From contig WBXE01000001.1 of the NCBI GenBank assembly GCA_008932955.1, positions 1 to 37,569 on the forward strand: DNA of 37,569 bases. Reading direction: 5' to 3'. Positions 26,946-35,536 of this stretch are shown here, piece by piece. The first letter of the stretch is position 1; each line of letters starts with the position of its first letter. The notes under the pieces were generated by a model. That model searched no databases and was not told the origin of the DNA. It was given only the letters and a program-made list of their open reading frames with translations. This DNA is from Verrucomicrobiota bacterium. GTDB taxonomy: Bacteria; Verrucomicrobiota; Verrucomicrobiia; Verrucomicrobiales; Akkermansiaceae. The position numbers and the translations under genes were made by a program.

Positions 26946-27101
26946 ACCCAACAAGATTTTTTTTGATTTTGCTGGGCTGGGTATGATGGCATAACCCTCG
27001 CGAGCGCAGCTGGCATGCCCGCCATGTTTGCTCCCACCTGAAAAAATCCCTCTCGCCGCAGATTAATCAACCGCAGCATCCGCCACCACAATCCCTGTTG
27101 C

Positions 27102-28349
27102 ATGAGTACTCCCGACGAGCCACACCCCAAGCGCTGGCGCTGGCGCCTCGAATGGTTGTGCCAAACTGCACTGGAAAAACTTATCGGCTGGCTGCCGGGA
27201 CCGCTGGTGTTCCATCTGGGTGCACTGCTAGGCCGACTGGCCTGGCACTTCCTGCCGCAACGCCGCAAGACGGTGCTGCGCAATTTGCGCATCGCCTTTT
27301 GTGGTGAGCATGACCTGCCGACTTTGCGGCGGATGGCGCGGGACACGTTTCAACGCACCGGGGCCAATCTATTTTCCGCGGCGCGCACCGCCCGCCTAGC
27401 CCCTGCCCAGCTCGGCAGCGTGATCCACATCGAAAACCTCGAACTCTTGGAACAGGCGCTCGCCGGTGGCAAAGGCGTGGTGCTTTTGCTCTCGCACATG
27501 GGCAATTGGGAATTGCTCAGCCGCCTTGTCCACCTATTTCCACCGGGTACCCGCACCGGCGCGTTCTATCGGCCACTCAATAATCCCTTGCTAGATGCGG
27601 TCGTGCTCCAGCGCCGCCAAGCCGACGGCACCCGCATGTTTTCCAAACGCGACAGTCCGCATCTGGTCGCCGGCTTTTTGCGTGACGGGGGGGTTGTCGG
27701 CATTTTAGCGGACCAGCGAGTGGGGGTTGCCGGGGAGGTGGTGAGGTTTTTCGGGCGCCTGACGCGGGCCAGTCCGCTGCCGTGCTTGTTGGCGCGGCGT
27801 GCGAAGAGTTCGGTGCTGGCATTGTCTCTAACCACGGTAGCGGCGGGCCGCTGGAGTGCTCGGTTTGTGGCCATGGGAGACTCGAAGACCACCGATGGCT
27901 GCATGATGACGCTCGAACAGGCGATGCAGCGCGGGCCTTTAGACGTGTTTTGGCTGCAAGAACGCTGGAAAGTCTATATCGAGCAGGGTTTCACCATCGG
28001 CGATTGGCTCGGTCCCCAAACGCTTGGCAGCGGCAAGCCACACCGCGCCTTGGTCTGGCTGACCGATGCGCCGCCGGGGTGGTGTTTACCCGAGACGTGG
28101 CTGCATCCGCAGGTGATATATGAAGCTGTGTTAGAGCCGGGACAGACCCTGCCCGCGTGGCTGCCCCAGGCGACTCGCGTCCACACCGCCCCGCGTGGGG
28201 CGGCACGCGCCACGCTGCGCAAACTCATCGCCGCGATGGATTTGGCGGCGGTCTTGCCGATCGATTACCTCATCGCCAGTGGCACCCCGCAAGAGTTGGC
28301 GCAGGCCTGCCGCAGCGAATGCATCCCGCTGGTGTCCCTAACACCCTAA
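27102..28349 (+). CDS. Lipid A late acyltransferase (LpxL/HtrB family) with ~120 aa C-terminal extension
   Basis: SHMGNWE, YRPLNNP, ILADQR, VRFFGR, VFWLQERWK, then an extra domain. Confidence 0.85.
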   Translation: MSTPDEPHPKRWRWRLEWLCQTALEKLIGWLPGPLVFHLGALLGRLAWHFLPQRRKTVLRNLRIAFCGEHDLPTLRRMARDTFQRTGANLFSAARTARLAPAQLGSVIHIENLELLEQALAGGKGVVLLLSHMGNWELLSRLVHLFPPGTRTGAFYRPLNNPLLDAVVLQRRQADGTRMFSKRDSPHLVAGFLRDGGVVGILADQRVGVAGEVVRFFGRLTRASPLPCLLARRAKSSVLALSLTTVAAGRWSARFVAMGDSKTTDGCMMTLEQAMQRGPLDVFWLQERWKVYIEQGFTIGDWLGPQTLGSGKPHRALVWLTDAPPGWCLPETWLHPQVIYEAVLEPGQTLPAWLPQATRVHTAPRGAARATLRKLIAAMDLAAVLPIDYLIASGTPQELAQACRSECIPLVSLTP

Positions 28350-28385
28350 CGTTAATCCATTCTATTCGTGTTTCATCCAACCGAC

Positions 28386-29357
28386 ATGCCAGATCCAATC
28401 TCAAATGGCGGGAAGCCGCCGCCGGTCCCGGTCCCTGCTAGCAATATCTTGGTCATCAAGTTGGGGGCCCTCGGCGACATTATCCTGGCGATGGAAGCAT
28501 TCCAGGCCATCCGCAAGCATCATTCTAACGACACAATCACCTTGCTGACCCGCAGCCCGTTCGTTTCACTAACGGAAAAGATGCCGTGGTTCGATGTGAT
28601 TTGGGCCGATCCCGCGCCCAAGCTCTTGCAAGTGCCCAAATGGCTGGCCTTTCGCCGCCAACTGCGCAGCGGATATTTCAGCCGCGTCTACGACCTTCAG
28701 TGCAACGATCGGGCCGAATTCTACTTTAAACTGTTAGGCCCGGGCCGTCCCGAATGGTGTGGGGTGGCGCGGGGGTGTTCTCACCCGCGGCCGGATTTCG
28801 GCGGGGCCAACCTGCCGGTCACCGAGCGTTTGTTGCGGCTCATCGCGGCGGCGGGGGTGCCGCGCACTGGTGCGGCCGACCTCTCGTGGCTGGACGGAGA
28901 TGTATCTAACTACAAGTTGCCAGCCCGCTATGTGCTGTTGGTCCCCGGCTGCGCCCCGCAGCATCCCTACAAGCGCTGGCCCGCCCAGCATTTCGCCGGT
29001 TTGGTGGAAAAACTCGCCGCCCGCGGGATCACCGCAGTAGCTATCGGGACCGCCGTGGACAACGACGCCATCAGTGAAATCCAAGCCCTGGCCCCTGGCC
29101 TGATCAATCTGGCTGGCCGCACCGAGCTCGGGCAAGTCGCCGCGCTGGCACGCCGCGCCATCGCGGTGGTTGGCAATGATACCGGCCCGATACACGTCAC
29201 CGCCATGGTCGGCGCGCCTACCTTGGTCTTGATGTCGCGGGTCACCGATCCGGTGCGCATGTTGCCGCGCGGCCCGGAGGTTAGCTGGTTGAAACGCCAC
29301 GCACTTGCCGATCTAACATGCGAAGAGGTTTTCGCCGCTATCCCAGCCCGTATCTAG
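28386..29357 (+). CDS. Glycosyltransferase family 9 (heptosyltransferase-like)
   Basis: ILVIKLGALGD, YDLQ, YKRWP, NLAGRT, VGNDTGPIH. Confidence 0.92.
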   Translation: MPDPISNGGKPPPVPVPASNILVIKLGALGDIILAMEAFQAIRKHHSNDTITLLTRSPFVSLTEKMPWFDVIWADPAPKLLQVPKWLAFRRQLRSGYFSRVYDLQCNDRAEFYFKLLGPGRPEWCGVARGCSHPRPDFGGANLPVTERLLRLIAAAGVPRTGAADLSWLDGDVSNYKLPARYVLLVPGCAPQHPYKRWPAQHFAGLVEKLAARGITAVAIGTAVDNDAISEIQALAPGLINLAGRTELGQVAALARRAIAVVGNDTGPIHVTAMVGAPTLVLMSRVTDPVRMLPRGPEVSWLKRHALADLTCEEVFAAIPARI

Positions 29358-29369
29358 CAATCTATCCGC

Positions 29370-29918
29370 ATGCACCCAGCCGCTTTGATTTTCGACCGCG
29401 ACGGCACTCTCATCGAGCATGTGCCGTACCTGAGCGACCCGACGCAAGTGCGGTTGCTGCCAGGGGTGACCGCGGCACTGCGAGTGGCGGTGGCGGCCGG
29501 GGCCCGCTTGTTTTTGCACAGCAATCAATCGGGCGTTGGTCGCGGGCTCTTTGATCTGGCGGCGGTGGATGCCTGCAACCAGCGGCTCATCGAGTTATTG
29601 GATCTGGGACCGCGGCCGTTCGAGCGCATTTGCATTGCCCCGGAAGCGCCGGATGCACCCTCGCTCTATCGCAAGCCCTCGCCGTTGTTCGGGCTAGAGG
29701 TCATGCGCGAGTTTACTCTGCAACCAGATGCCGTTTGTTACCTCGGAGATCGCGGCAGCGACCTCGCCACCGCCCTGGCCGCCGGTACCCGCGGCGTGGG
29801 CATTGCCAGCGGCTTGGACGACCTGCGTGCCGAACTGCAGGCGCTCGGACTCACCGCTGCGTTCCCGGTTTTTGATTCCCTTGGCGCAGCTATCGAGTAC
29901 CTTTTCCCCCAGCCATGA
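29370..29918 (+). CDS. gmhB: D,D-heptose 1,7-bisphosphate phosphatase (HAD IIIA)
   Basis: FDRDGTL, SNQSGVGRG, RKPSP, LGDRGSD; LPS heptose gene context. Confidence 0.85.
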   Translation: MHPAALIFDRDGTLIEHVPYLSDPTQVRLLPGVTAALRVAVAAGARLFLHSNQSGVGRGLFDLAAVDACNQRLIELLDLGPRPFERICIAPEAPDAPSLYRKPSPLFGLEVMREFTLQPDAVCYLGDRGSDLATALAAGTRGVGIASGLDDLRAELQALGLTAAFPVFDSLGAAIEYLFPQP

Positions 29919-30424
29919 GCCACTCCGACCCGCTGTCCCGAATTTATTTGTTAGAAAAACTCCTCGCCCTGCGGGCCCGGGCAGCGGCGGATGGCCGCCG
30001 GGTGGTTCTCACCAACGGCTGCTTTGACCTGTTGCACCGCGGCCATCTAACCTATCTGCAGCAATCCGCCGCACTTGGCGACTTGCTCATCGTCGCGGTC
30101 AACAGCGACGCCTCAGTGCGCGCACTCAAAGGCGAAGGCCGCCCCCTCAATAACGAGCAGGACCGCGCCTTCGCCCTAGCCTGCCTGCGCAGTGTCGATG
30201 CTACCGTCATTTTCCCCGGCCCCCGTCTCGCCGACGAAATCACCGCGCTCAAGCCCGACATTTATACCAAGGCCGGCGATTACTCACTGGATACCATCGA
30301 CGCTTCGGAACGCTCCGCGCTGCTAGCCACCGGCGCGGAGATTCGTTTCCTGCCGTTTGTGGCCGGCCATTCCACCACCTCCCACCTCCAGCGCCTCGGG
30401 GTCAGTCCCGCTTTTCGAGCATGA
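29915..30424 (+). CDS. D-beta-D-heptose 1-phosphate adenylyltransferase (RfaE domain II / HldC type, stand-alone)
   Basis: VLTNGCFDLLHRGH, VAVNSDASVRALKGEGRP, KAGDY, GHSTT. Confidence 0.92.
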   Translation: MSHSDPLSRIYLLEKLLALRARAAADGRRVVLTNGCFDLLHRGHLTYLQQSAALGDLLIVAVNSDASVRALKGEGRPLNNEQDRAFALACLRSVDATVIFPGPRLADEITALKPDIYTKAGDYSLDTIDASERSALLATGAEIRFLPFVAGHSTTSHLQRLGVSPAFRA

Positions 30425-30476
30425 CTTTGCCGCCAGGGGGTCCGCGAATGCTTGAAAAGCGGGACTGACCCCGAGG
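30394..30476. repeat. 29 bp inverted repeat (28/29 match) with 25 nt loop between convergent genes
   Basis: cctcggggtcagtcccgcttttcgagcat (30394-30422) / atgcttgaaaagcgggactgaccccgagg (30448-30476). Confidence 0.92.
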
Positions 30477-30483
30477 GGTGTTG

Positions 30484-32049
30484 CTAGCTCCCGTCGCCCA
30501 GCCAAAATGTGTCTTGCGCCGGGATGGCTCCGCTTTTAGTTAGAGCAAATCCATTGGCGGAGAGGTGGTTTAGGCAATGATAGACATCCTCGGCATCGGC
30601 AGCGAGCTTGGCGGCGATGGGCTCGGCCGCCTGGGGTGTGGCGCTGAGTTGGCGGCGCACGTCGGCTAGCAGGGATAGGAAAATGCCCGCGGCCTTCTTA
30701 CCGGCTTCCACGCCGGGTTGGTGATAGGCGTTGATATTAACCAGCGAGGCGTAGAACGACACCGCCCGCTCGAACAAGGCGATGAGCAGACCGAGGTGGA
30801 ACGGGGTGACTTGCGGGATGGATAGGGTGAGGGATTGGCGCTTGCTGTCGTGGAGCGCCTTGCGGGTGCCGCGGAAAAACCCCTGCAGGTAATCGCCACT
30901 GGTGAAGCCGGGCTCCACTTCCATACTGGCGGCACCGCGGCCTGCGCGCACCTCGATGAAGGTGACGAAGAAATTGTTCACGCCGTCGCGCAATTGTTGG
31001 ACGTAGGCATGTTGGTCGGTGGAGCCCTTGTTGCCATAGACGGCGATGCCCTGATTGACCAGTTTGCCATCGAGATCGAGTTGCTTGCCTAACGACTCCA
31101 TCACGAGTTGTTGAAGGTATTTGGAAAACAACACCAGCGCATCCTTGTAGGGCAGCACCACCATGTCTTTGGCCCCGCACCCGGCCCCGGCATGGTGCCA
31201 GGCGAGCGCCAAGCGCATGGCGGCATTGGTGGCCACCTCCGGCTTGCGGGTTTGCGTGTCCATCGCTGCGGCACCGGCGAGTAAGGCGTCGATATCGATG
31301 CCTAACAAGGCGGCCGGCACCAGGCCGACGGTTGAGAGCACCGAGGTGCGTCCGCCGACCCAGTCTTCCATCGGAAACCTAGCGATAAAGTGTTGAGCGG
31401 TGGCGAAGCGGTCAAGCTGCGAACCGCAGCCAGTGACGGCCACGGCGTGGCGGCCGAAATCCAGACCGGCGGCGGTGTAGGCCGCCTGAGCTTCGAGCAT
31501 ACCATTGCGGGTTTCCGGGGTGCCACCGGATTTGGAAATGACTAGCACGAGGGTTTTTTCGAGTCCGGTTTTGGCCAGGCGGGCGAGCACCGCGTCAATG
31601 CCTGCGGGATCTGTGTTGTCGAAAAAATATAGTGGCAACTGCGCCTGTTGGCCCAACGCCTCGGCTAGCAATTGTGGCCCGAGCGCGGAGCCGCCGATGC
31701 CAATGAGCAGCACCTGTGCAAACGCGTTGCCCGAGGGGGCGACAATCGAGCCCGATAGAACAGCTCTGGCAAAGTCTTTGAGCGCCGCCAGCGGTTCGCT
31801 GATGGCGGCCTGGAGCTGAGGAGTGGGTGCCAGAGTACTGTTGCGCAACCAGTAATGGCCGACCATGCGGCCCTCATCAGGATTGGCGATGGCACCGGCT
31901 TCAAGTGCCGCCATATCTGCAAACGCTTTGGCGATGCGCGGAGCGAGCTCTGGGGGCGGACTGTCCGCCATCTCCATGAGCGATAGATCTAGCGAAAATC
32001 CGAGTTGCGGGTAGCGCAGAAGCTGCTGGTTATAGGTTTGCCAGGACAT
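30484..32049 (-). CDS. pgi: Glucose-6-phosphate isomerase
   Basis: [59 protein letters not shown]. Confidence 0.97.
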   Translation of the reverse strand: MSWQTYNQQLLRYPQLGFSLDLSLMEMADSPPPELAPRIAKAFADMAALEAGAIANPDEGRMVGHYWLRNSTLAPTPQLQAAISEPLAALKDFARAVLSGSIVAPSGNAFAQVLLIGIGGSALGPQLLAEALGQQAQLPLYFFDNTDPAGIDAVLARLAKTGLEKTLVLVISKSGGTPETRNGMLEAQAAYTAAGLDFGRHAVAVTGCGSQLDRFATAQHFIARFPMEDWVGGRTSVLSTVGLVPAALLGIDIDALLAGAAAMDTQTRKPEVATNAAMRLALAWHHAGAGCGAKDMVVLPYKDALVLFSKYLQQLVMESLGKQLDLDGKLVNQGIAVYGNKGSTDQHAYVQQLRDGVNNFFVTFIEVRAGRGAASMEVEPGFTSGDYLQGFFRGTRKALHDSKRQSLTLSIPQVTPFHLGLLIALFERAVSFYASLVNINAYHQPGVEAGKKAAGIFLSLLADVRRQLSATPQAAEPIAAKLAADAEDVYHCLNHLSANGFALTKSGAIPAQDTFWLGDGS

Positions 32050-32058
32050 AATTTTCTG

Positions 32059-32577
32059 TTAGTAAGTGAGGATTGAGTGGACTGGATAGGGGGAGAGTTT
32101 GGCGCGGCCATTGAGGAACGACAGCTCGATGAGGACCGATATGCCGAGCACTTTGGCACCGAGTTCGTCGAGCAGTTTTGCAGCGGCTGCGGCGGTTCCG
32201 CCGGTGGCGAGCAGATCGTCGACCAGCAGCACTGTTTCGCCGGGTTTGACCGCGTCCTGATGGATTTCGACAACCGCCTCGCCGTATTCCAGGGCGTAGG
32301 CGGCCTGGCGGGTTTTCCACGGCAGCTTGCCCTGTTTGCGCACCGGTACAAACCCGACACCCAAGCGATCGGCCACGGCACTGGCAAAGATGAAGCCGCG
32401 AGCGTCGATGCCCGCCACTTTGTCGATGCGCGTGCCACCGCACGTTTCACACAGCAGGCTGATGGCTCTGGCAAACAATGCGCCGTCGGCTAACAGCGGA
32501 GTGATATCCTTGAACACGATCCCGGGTTTAGGGAAATCTACAACATCTCGAATGGCGGCGCGGAGGGAGTCGGGCAT
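32059..32577 (-). CDS. apt: Adenine phosphoribosyltransferase
   Basis: DFPKPGIVFKDITPL, DARGF, RKQGKLP, YALEYG, VDDLLATGGT; ATG 32577. Confidence 0.97.
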   Translation of the reverse strand: MPDSLRAAIRDVVDFPKPGIVFKDITPLLADGALFARAISLLCETCGGTRIDKVAGIDARGFIFASAVADRLGVGFVPVRKQGKLPWKTRQAAYALEYGEAVVEIHQDAVKPGETVLLVDDLLATGGTAAAAAKLLDELGAKVLGISVLIELSFLNGRAKLSPYPVHSILTY

Positions 32578-32899
32578 GGCTGGGGCAGTATGGGGAACGT
32601 TATGATTCAGGTCAACAGGGCTTCTCAATTTGGATTTTTTAAGCGCGGAAGGACGCAACCGAGCCCAGCGAGATGGACGAACCCTTGACTCTGAGAGCGG
32701 GTCAAATCCATGCAGATGCGAAGAGAAGAAGCGATTATTGAGTTGTAGGCAGGCAGAAAAAACTAAATTTCACCTCTGATTCCATCTTTATCCGCGTCCA
32801 CTTGTCCCGGCATAGTGCAGCGACGCCGGATCTGCGTCCATCTGCGGTTTGATTTCTGAAATCTTCAATGAATGATACCTGATGTGTCACCAGCCGCCA

Positions 32900-33170
32900 C
32901 GGATCAGGGGCGAGAGGCTGGTTAACCATGCTGCCAAATCTGTGGCTGCTGGGGGGCGGCATTCTGTCGGGGTGCAGCAGATGCCAGCTGAACTCGAGTT
33001 TGTAGCCGACCCACGAGCCGCTGGCACCGCAATGCTGCATCCACTTTGGCGCACGGCAATTGGCCTGCAATGTGTAAGCTACCAAGCGCTCCACGCCTGC
33101 GCGCAAGGCGGTGAGCCACATGACTGCCAGCAACAAGGTGCCGATGCCGCGGCACTGGTCGGCGTCTAGC
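32900..33170 (-). pseudogene. C-terminal fragment of a GNAT-family acetyltransferase
   Basis: In-frame extension upstream of ORF 32735..33136 reads LDADQCRGIGTLLLAVMWLTALRAGVERLVAYTLQANCRA (Q-x-R-G-x-G motif A, then N-x-x-A); no room for the N-terminal half. Confidence 0.55.
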
Positions 33171-33180
33171 GCCCATTGGG

Positions 33181-33504
33181 TTAGATCAAGCCTTGCTCGC
33201 GGAGTTGCTCGGCTACCTCGTCGTGATCGGGCAAGCCGTCGCCGCCGTCGCGAATGTGCTGGATTTTTCGGCGCACCCCGTAGCGGCTGCGCGGTCCGGT
33301 GACCAAAGCGGCCACGCCATCGACCACGAACGGCAGAATGGCCAGGAAGCCGAGCGCGCCAAGGCCGATGCCGACGCCGCGGCGGGCGTTGCGGTGCATT
33401 AAATCACCGAGTAAAAGGCCGGCGGCAGTGCCCAGCAAGGCGGGGGCAGCCAAGGCGCTCACTTCAATCCATTGAGGGGTCGGGTCCAAATGGTCATCTT
33501 CCAT
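33181..33504 (-). CDS. Small hypothetical membrane protein
   Basis: MEDDHLDP...; two Gly-rich hydrophobic segments and a charged tail; ATG 33504. Confidence 0.7.
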   Translation of the reverse strand: MEDDHLDPTPQWIEVSALAAPALLGTAAGLLLGDLMHRNARRGVGIGLGALGFLAILPFVVDGVAALVTGPRSRYGVRRKIQHIRDGGDGLPDHDEVAEQLREQGLI

Positions 33505-33609
33505 GGCGCTCTTATAGCCACTCTCCGGCCCACCGACAACCCCGGAAAACAAAATTGCGTAGGATTCGCGCTTTTCGGCGCAATTTTTCCCGCTATGCTC
33601 AAGCCTGTC

Positions 33610-34692
33610 ATGGCTATTTTAGAAAACACCTATGCACTCATTCTCGCTGGCGGATCCGGCACCCGTTTCTGGCCGTTGAGCCGCAACGCCCGCCCCAAGC
33701 AGTTACTCGATTTATTCGGCGATGGCACCCTGCTGGAGCAAACGATCCGCCGCCTCGACGGGCTGGTGCTGCCCGAAAACATCCTGATTCTAACCAACGC
33801 CTTGCAGGAATCCGCCGTGCGCGAGGTCGCACACATGCTGCCAGGCGCCAATATTGTGGCTGAACCAGCCAAACGCGACACCGCCCCGGCAGTGGCCCTG
33901 GGCATCGGTCTGATCGCGGCCCGCAACCCGCAGGCCGTGATGATGGTGTTGCCCTCGGACCAACTGATTCGCAACACCGCTGCCTATCAAGCGGTGATGC
34001 GCGACGCCCTCGCCACCGCACAGCACTCCGACGGTCTAGTGACTATCGGCATCCGCCCGACTTGGGCCTGCCCGGCGTATGGCTACATCGAGCGCGGTGA
34101 AGCGGCCGTCATTCCCGGGCTCAGCGGCAGTCATCCGCCATGTGAAGTGAAGCGCTTCCGCGAAAAGCCCGATGCCGAACTCGCCGCGCAATTCCTTGCC
34201 ACCGGCGGCTTTACTTGGAACGCAGGCATGTTTGTGTGGGCGCTGCCCACCGTCATCCAACAACTCAGTCGCCACGCGCCCGAGCTCGCGGGTTTCGTCG
34301 CCGAGTTGAGCGCCGCCACCGACATTCCCGCGACCATCGCCGCGCAATTTCCCAAGCTCACGCCCATTTCCATCGACTACGCCCTGATGGAAAAAGCCGC
34401 GCGGGTGCTCAACATCGAAGCGGACTTCGATTGGGATGACGTCGGTTCCTGGCTGTCGATCGCCAAGTATCTGGAACCCACGGCGATTGAAAACCGTGCG
34501 AACGAAGCGTTCACCCAACTCGATTCCGACAATAACATCATCTTCAATGCCCGCCCCGGCACCCGCATCGCGCTGCTCGGCGTGAATGATCTGATCGTCG
34601 TGCAGACGGCCGACGCCTTGCTCATCGCTAACCGCCATGAGGCCGATGCGATCAAGAAACTCACCGATCTGCTCCCGCCGGAGTTATTATAG
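33610..34692 (+). CDS. manC: Mannose-1-phosphate guanylyltransferase (no C-terminal cupin/PMI domain)
   Basis: ILAGGSGTRFWPLSR, PKQLL, EPAKRDTAPA, YGYIE, FREKPD, WNAGMF, SIDYALMEK, WDDVGSW; start 33595 or 33610. Confidence 0.92.
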   Translation: MAILENTYALILAGGSGTRFWPLSRNARPKQLLDLFGDGTLLEQTIRRLDGLVLPENILILTNALQESAVREVAHMLPGANIVAEPAKRDTAPAVALGIGLIAARNPQAVMMVLPSDQLIRNTAAYQAVMRDALATAQHSDGLVTIGIRPTWACPAYGYIERGEAAVIPGLSGSHPPCEVKRFREKPDAELAAQFLATGGFTWNAGMFVWALPTVIQQLSRHAPELAGFVAELSAATDIPATIAAQFPKLTPISIDYALMEKAARVLNIEADFDWDDVGSWLSIAKYLEPTAIENRANEAFTQLDSDNNIIFNARPGTRIALLGVNDLIVVQTADALLIANRHEADAIKKLTDLLPPELL

Positions 34693-34712
34693 CCATAGAT
34701 GGAAAAAACAGA

Positions 34713-34848
34713 ACCACAGATTACACAGATTGAACAGATAATGAATGAGTTATGAATTATATGGTAGGCACCTTTAGGTTGAGTCGAAGAGAAACTAGAT
34801 TGGGCCTTATTTTCCGTGTAATCCTCTTCAATCCGTGAAATCTGTGGT
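34713..34848. repeat. Nonamer-periodic imperfect inverted repeat (ACAGATT type)
   Basis: accacagattacacagattgaacagat (34713-34739) pairs with atcctcttcaatccgtgaaatctgtggt (ending 34848). Confidence 0.8.
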
Positions 34849-34899
34849 AAAAAACGCCACTGCACCCGTTTCCATTTTCCTTTTTAGGATACCCGACCT

Positions 34900-35334
34900 T
34901 TGCAAAATTCTACTTCCATCCATCCGGCATTGGGTATCGATCATGGTGATGCACGCATCGGCATAGCCGCCACCGATGAATGTGGGATTCTCGCCTATCC
35001 GGTGGAAACGATAGATTGCGCGGCCCGCGATGCCATCGCACGCATCGGTGAGTTGGCAGAAAACCGAGGTGCCCGCACGCTGGTGTTAGGCATGCCCTTC
35101 CGCCTGGACGGCAGTGAAGGCAGTGCCGCTGCCAAGGTGCGCGCCTTCGCCGAGCAGATCCATCTGCGCCTGCCTAACATCCCGCTGGTATTCGTCGATG
35201 AAACCCTCACCACCACCAGCGCCGCCGCCAAGCTCCAGCAAGCTGGCCGCAAGGCCCGCAGCCACAAAGCCATCATCGACCAAGCCGCCGCCGTCGAGAT
35301 CCTCAACCTGTGGATGGAAGAGAGAGGCCTCTAG
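34900..35334 (+). CDS. ruvX: YqgF/RuvX family nuclease (pre-16S rRNA maturation)
   Basis: LGIDHGDARIGIA, VLGMP, VDETLTT, IDQAAAVEIL; TTG start. Confidence 0.92.
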   Translation: MQNSTSIHPALGIDHGDARIGIAATDECGILAYPVETIDCAARDAIARIGELAENRGARTLVLGMPFRLDGSEGSAAAKVRAFAEQIHLRLPNIPLVFVDETLTTTSAAAKLQQAGRKARSHKAIIDQAAAVEILNLWMEERGL

Positions 35335-35536
35335 CGAGGCGGGGCCTCAGACCCAAGACGAAGAGAATTGATGATTGCCGATTGATGATTGATGATTTGT
35401 GATGTGAGCTTGGACACGAGCGCCAAACAAGCTCACTTCAAAAATCATCAATCAACATTTATCAATCAATTCGGAGATGGCGGCACTTCAAAAACTTGAC
35501 TCATTCGCAACATCTTTGGCTCTTCAAGGACTCTAG
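35331..35536 (-). repeat. Composite element, family B, copy 2, bounded by CTAG on both sides
   Basis: Inner palindrome 35361-35472; direct repeat ctctagcg at 35329-35336 and 35531-35538. Confidence 0.82.
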
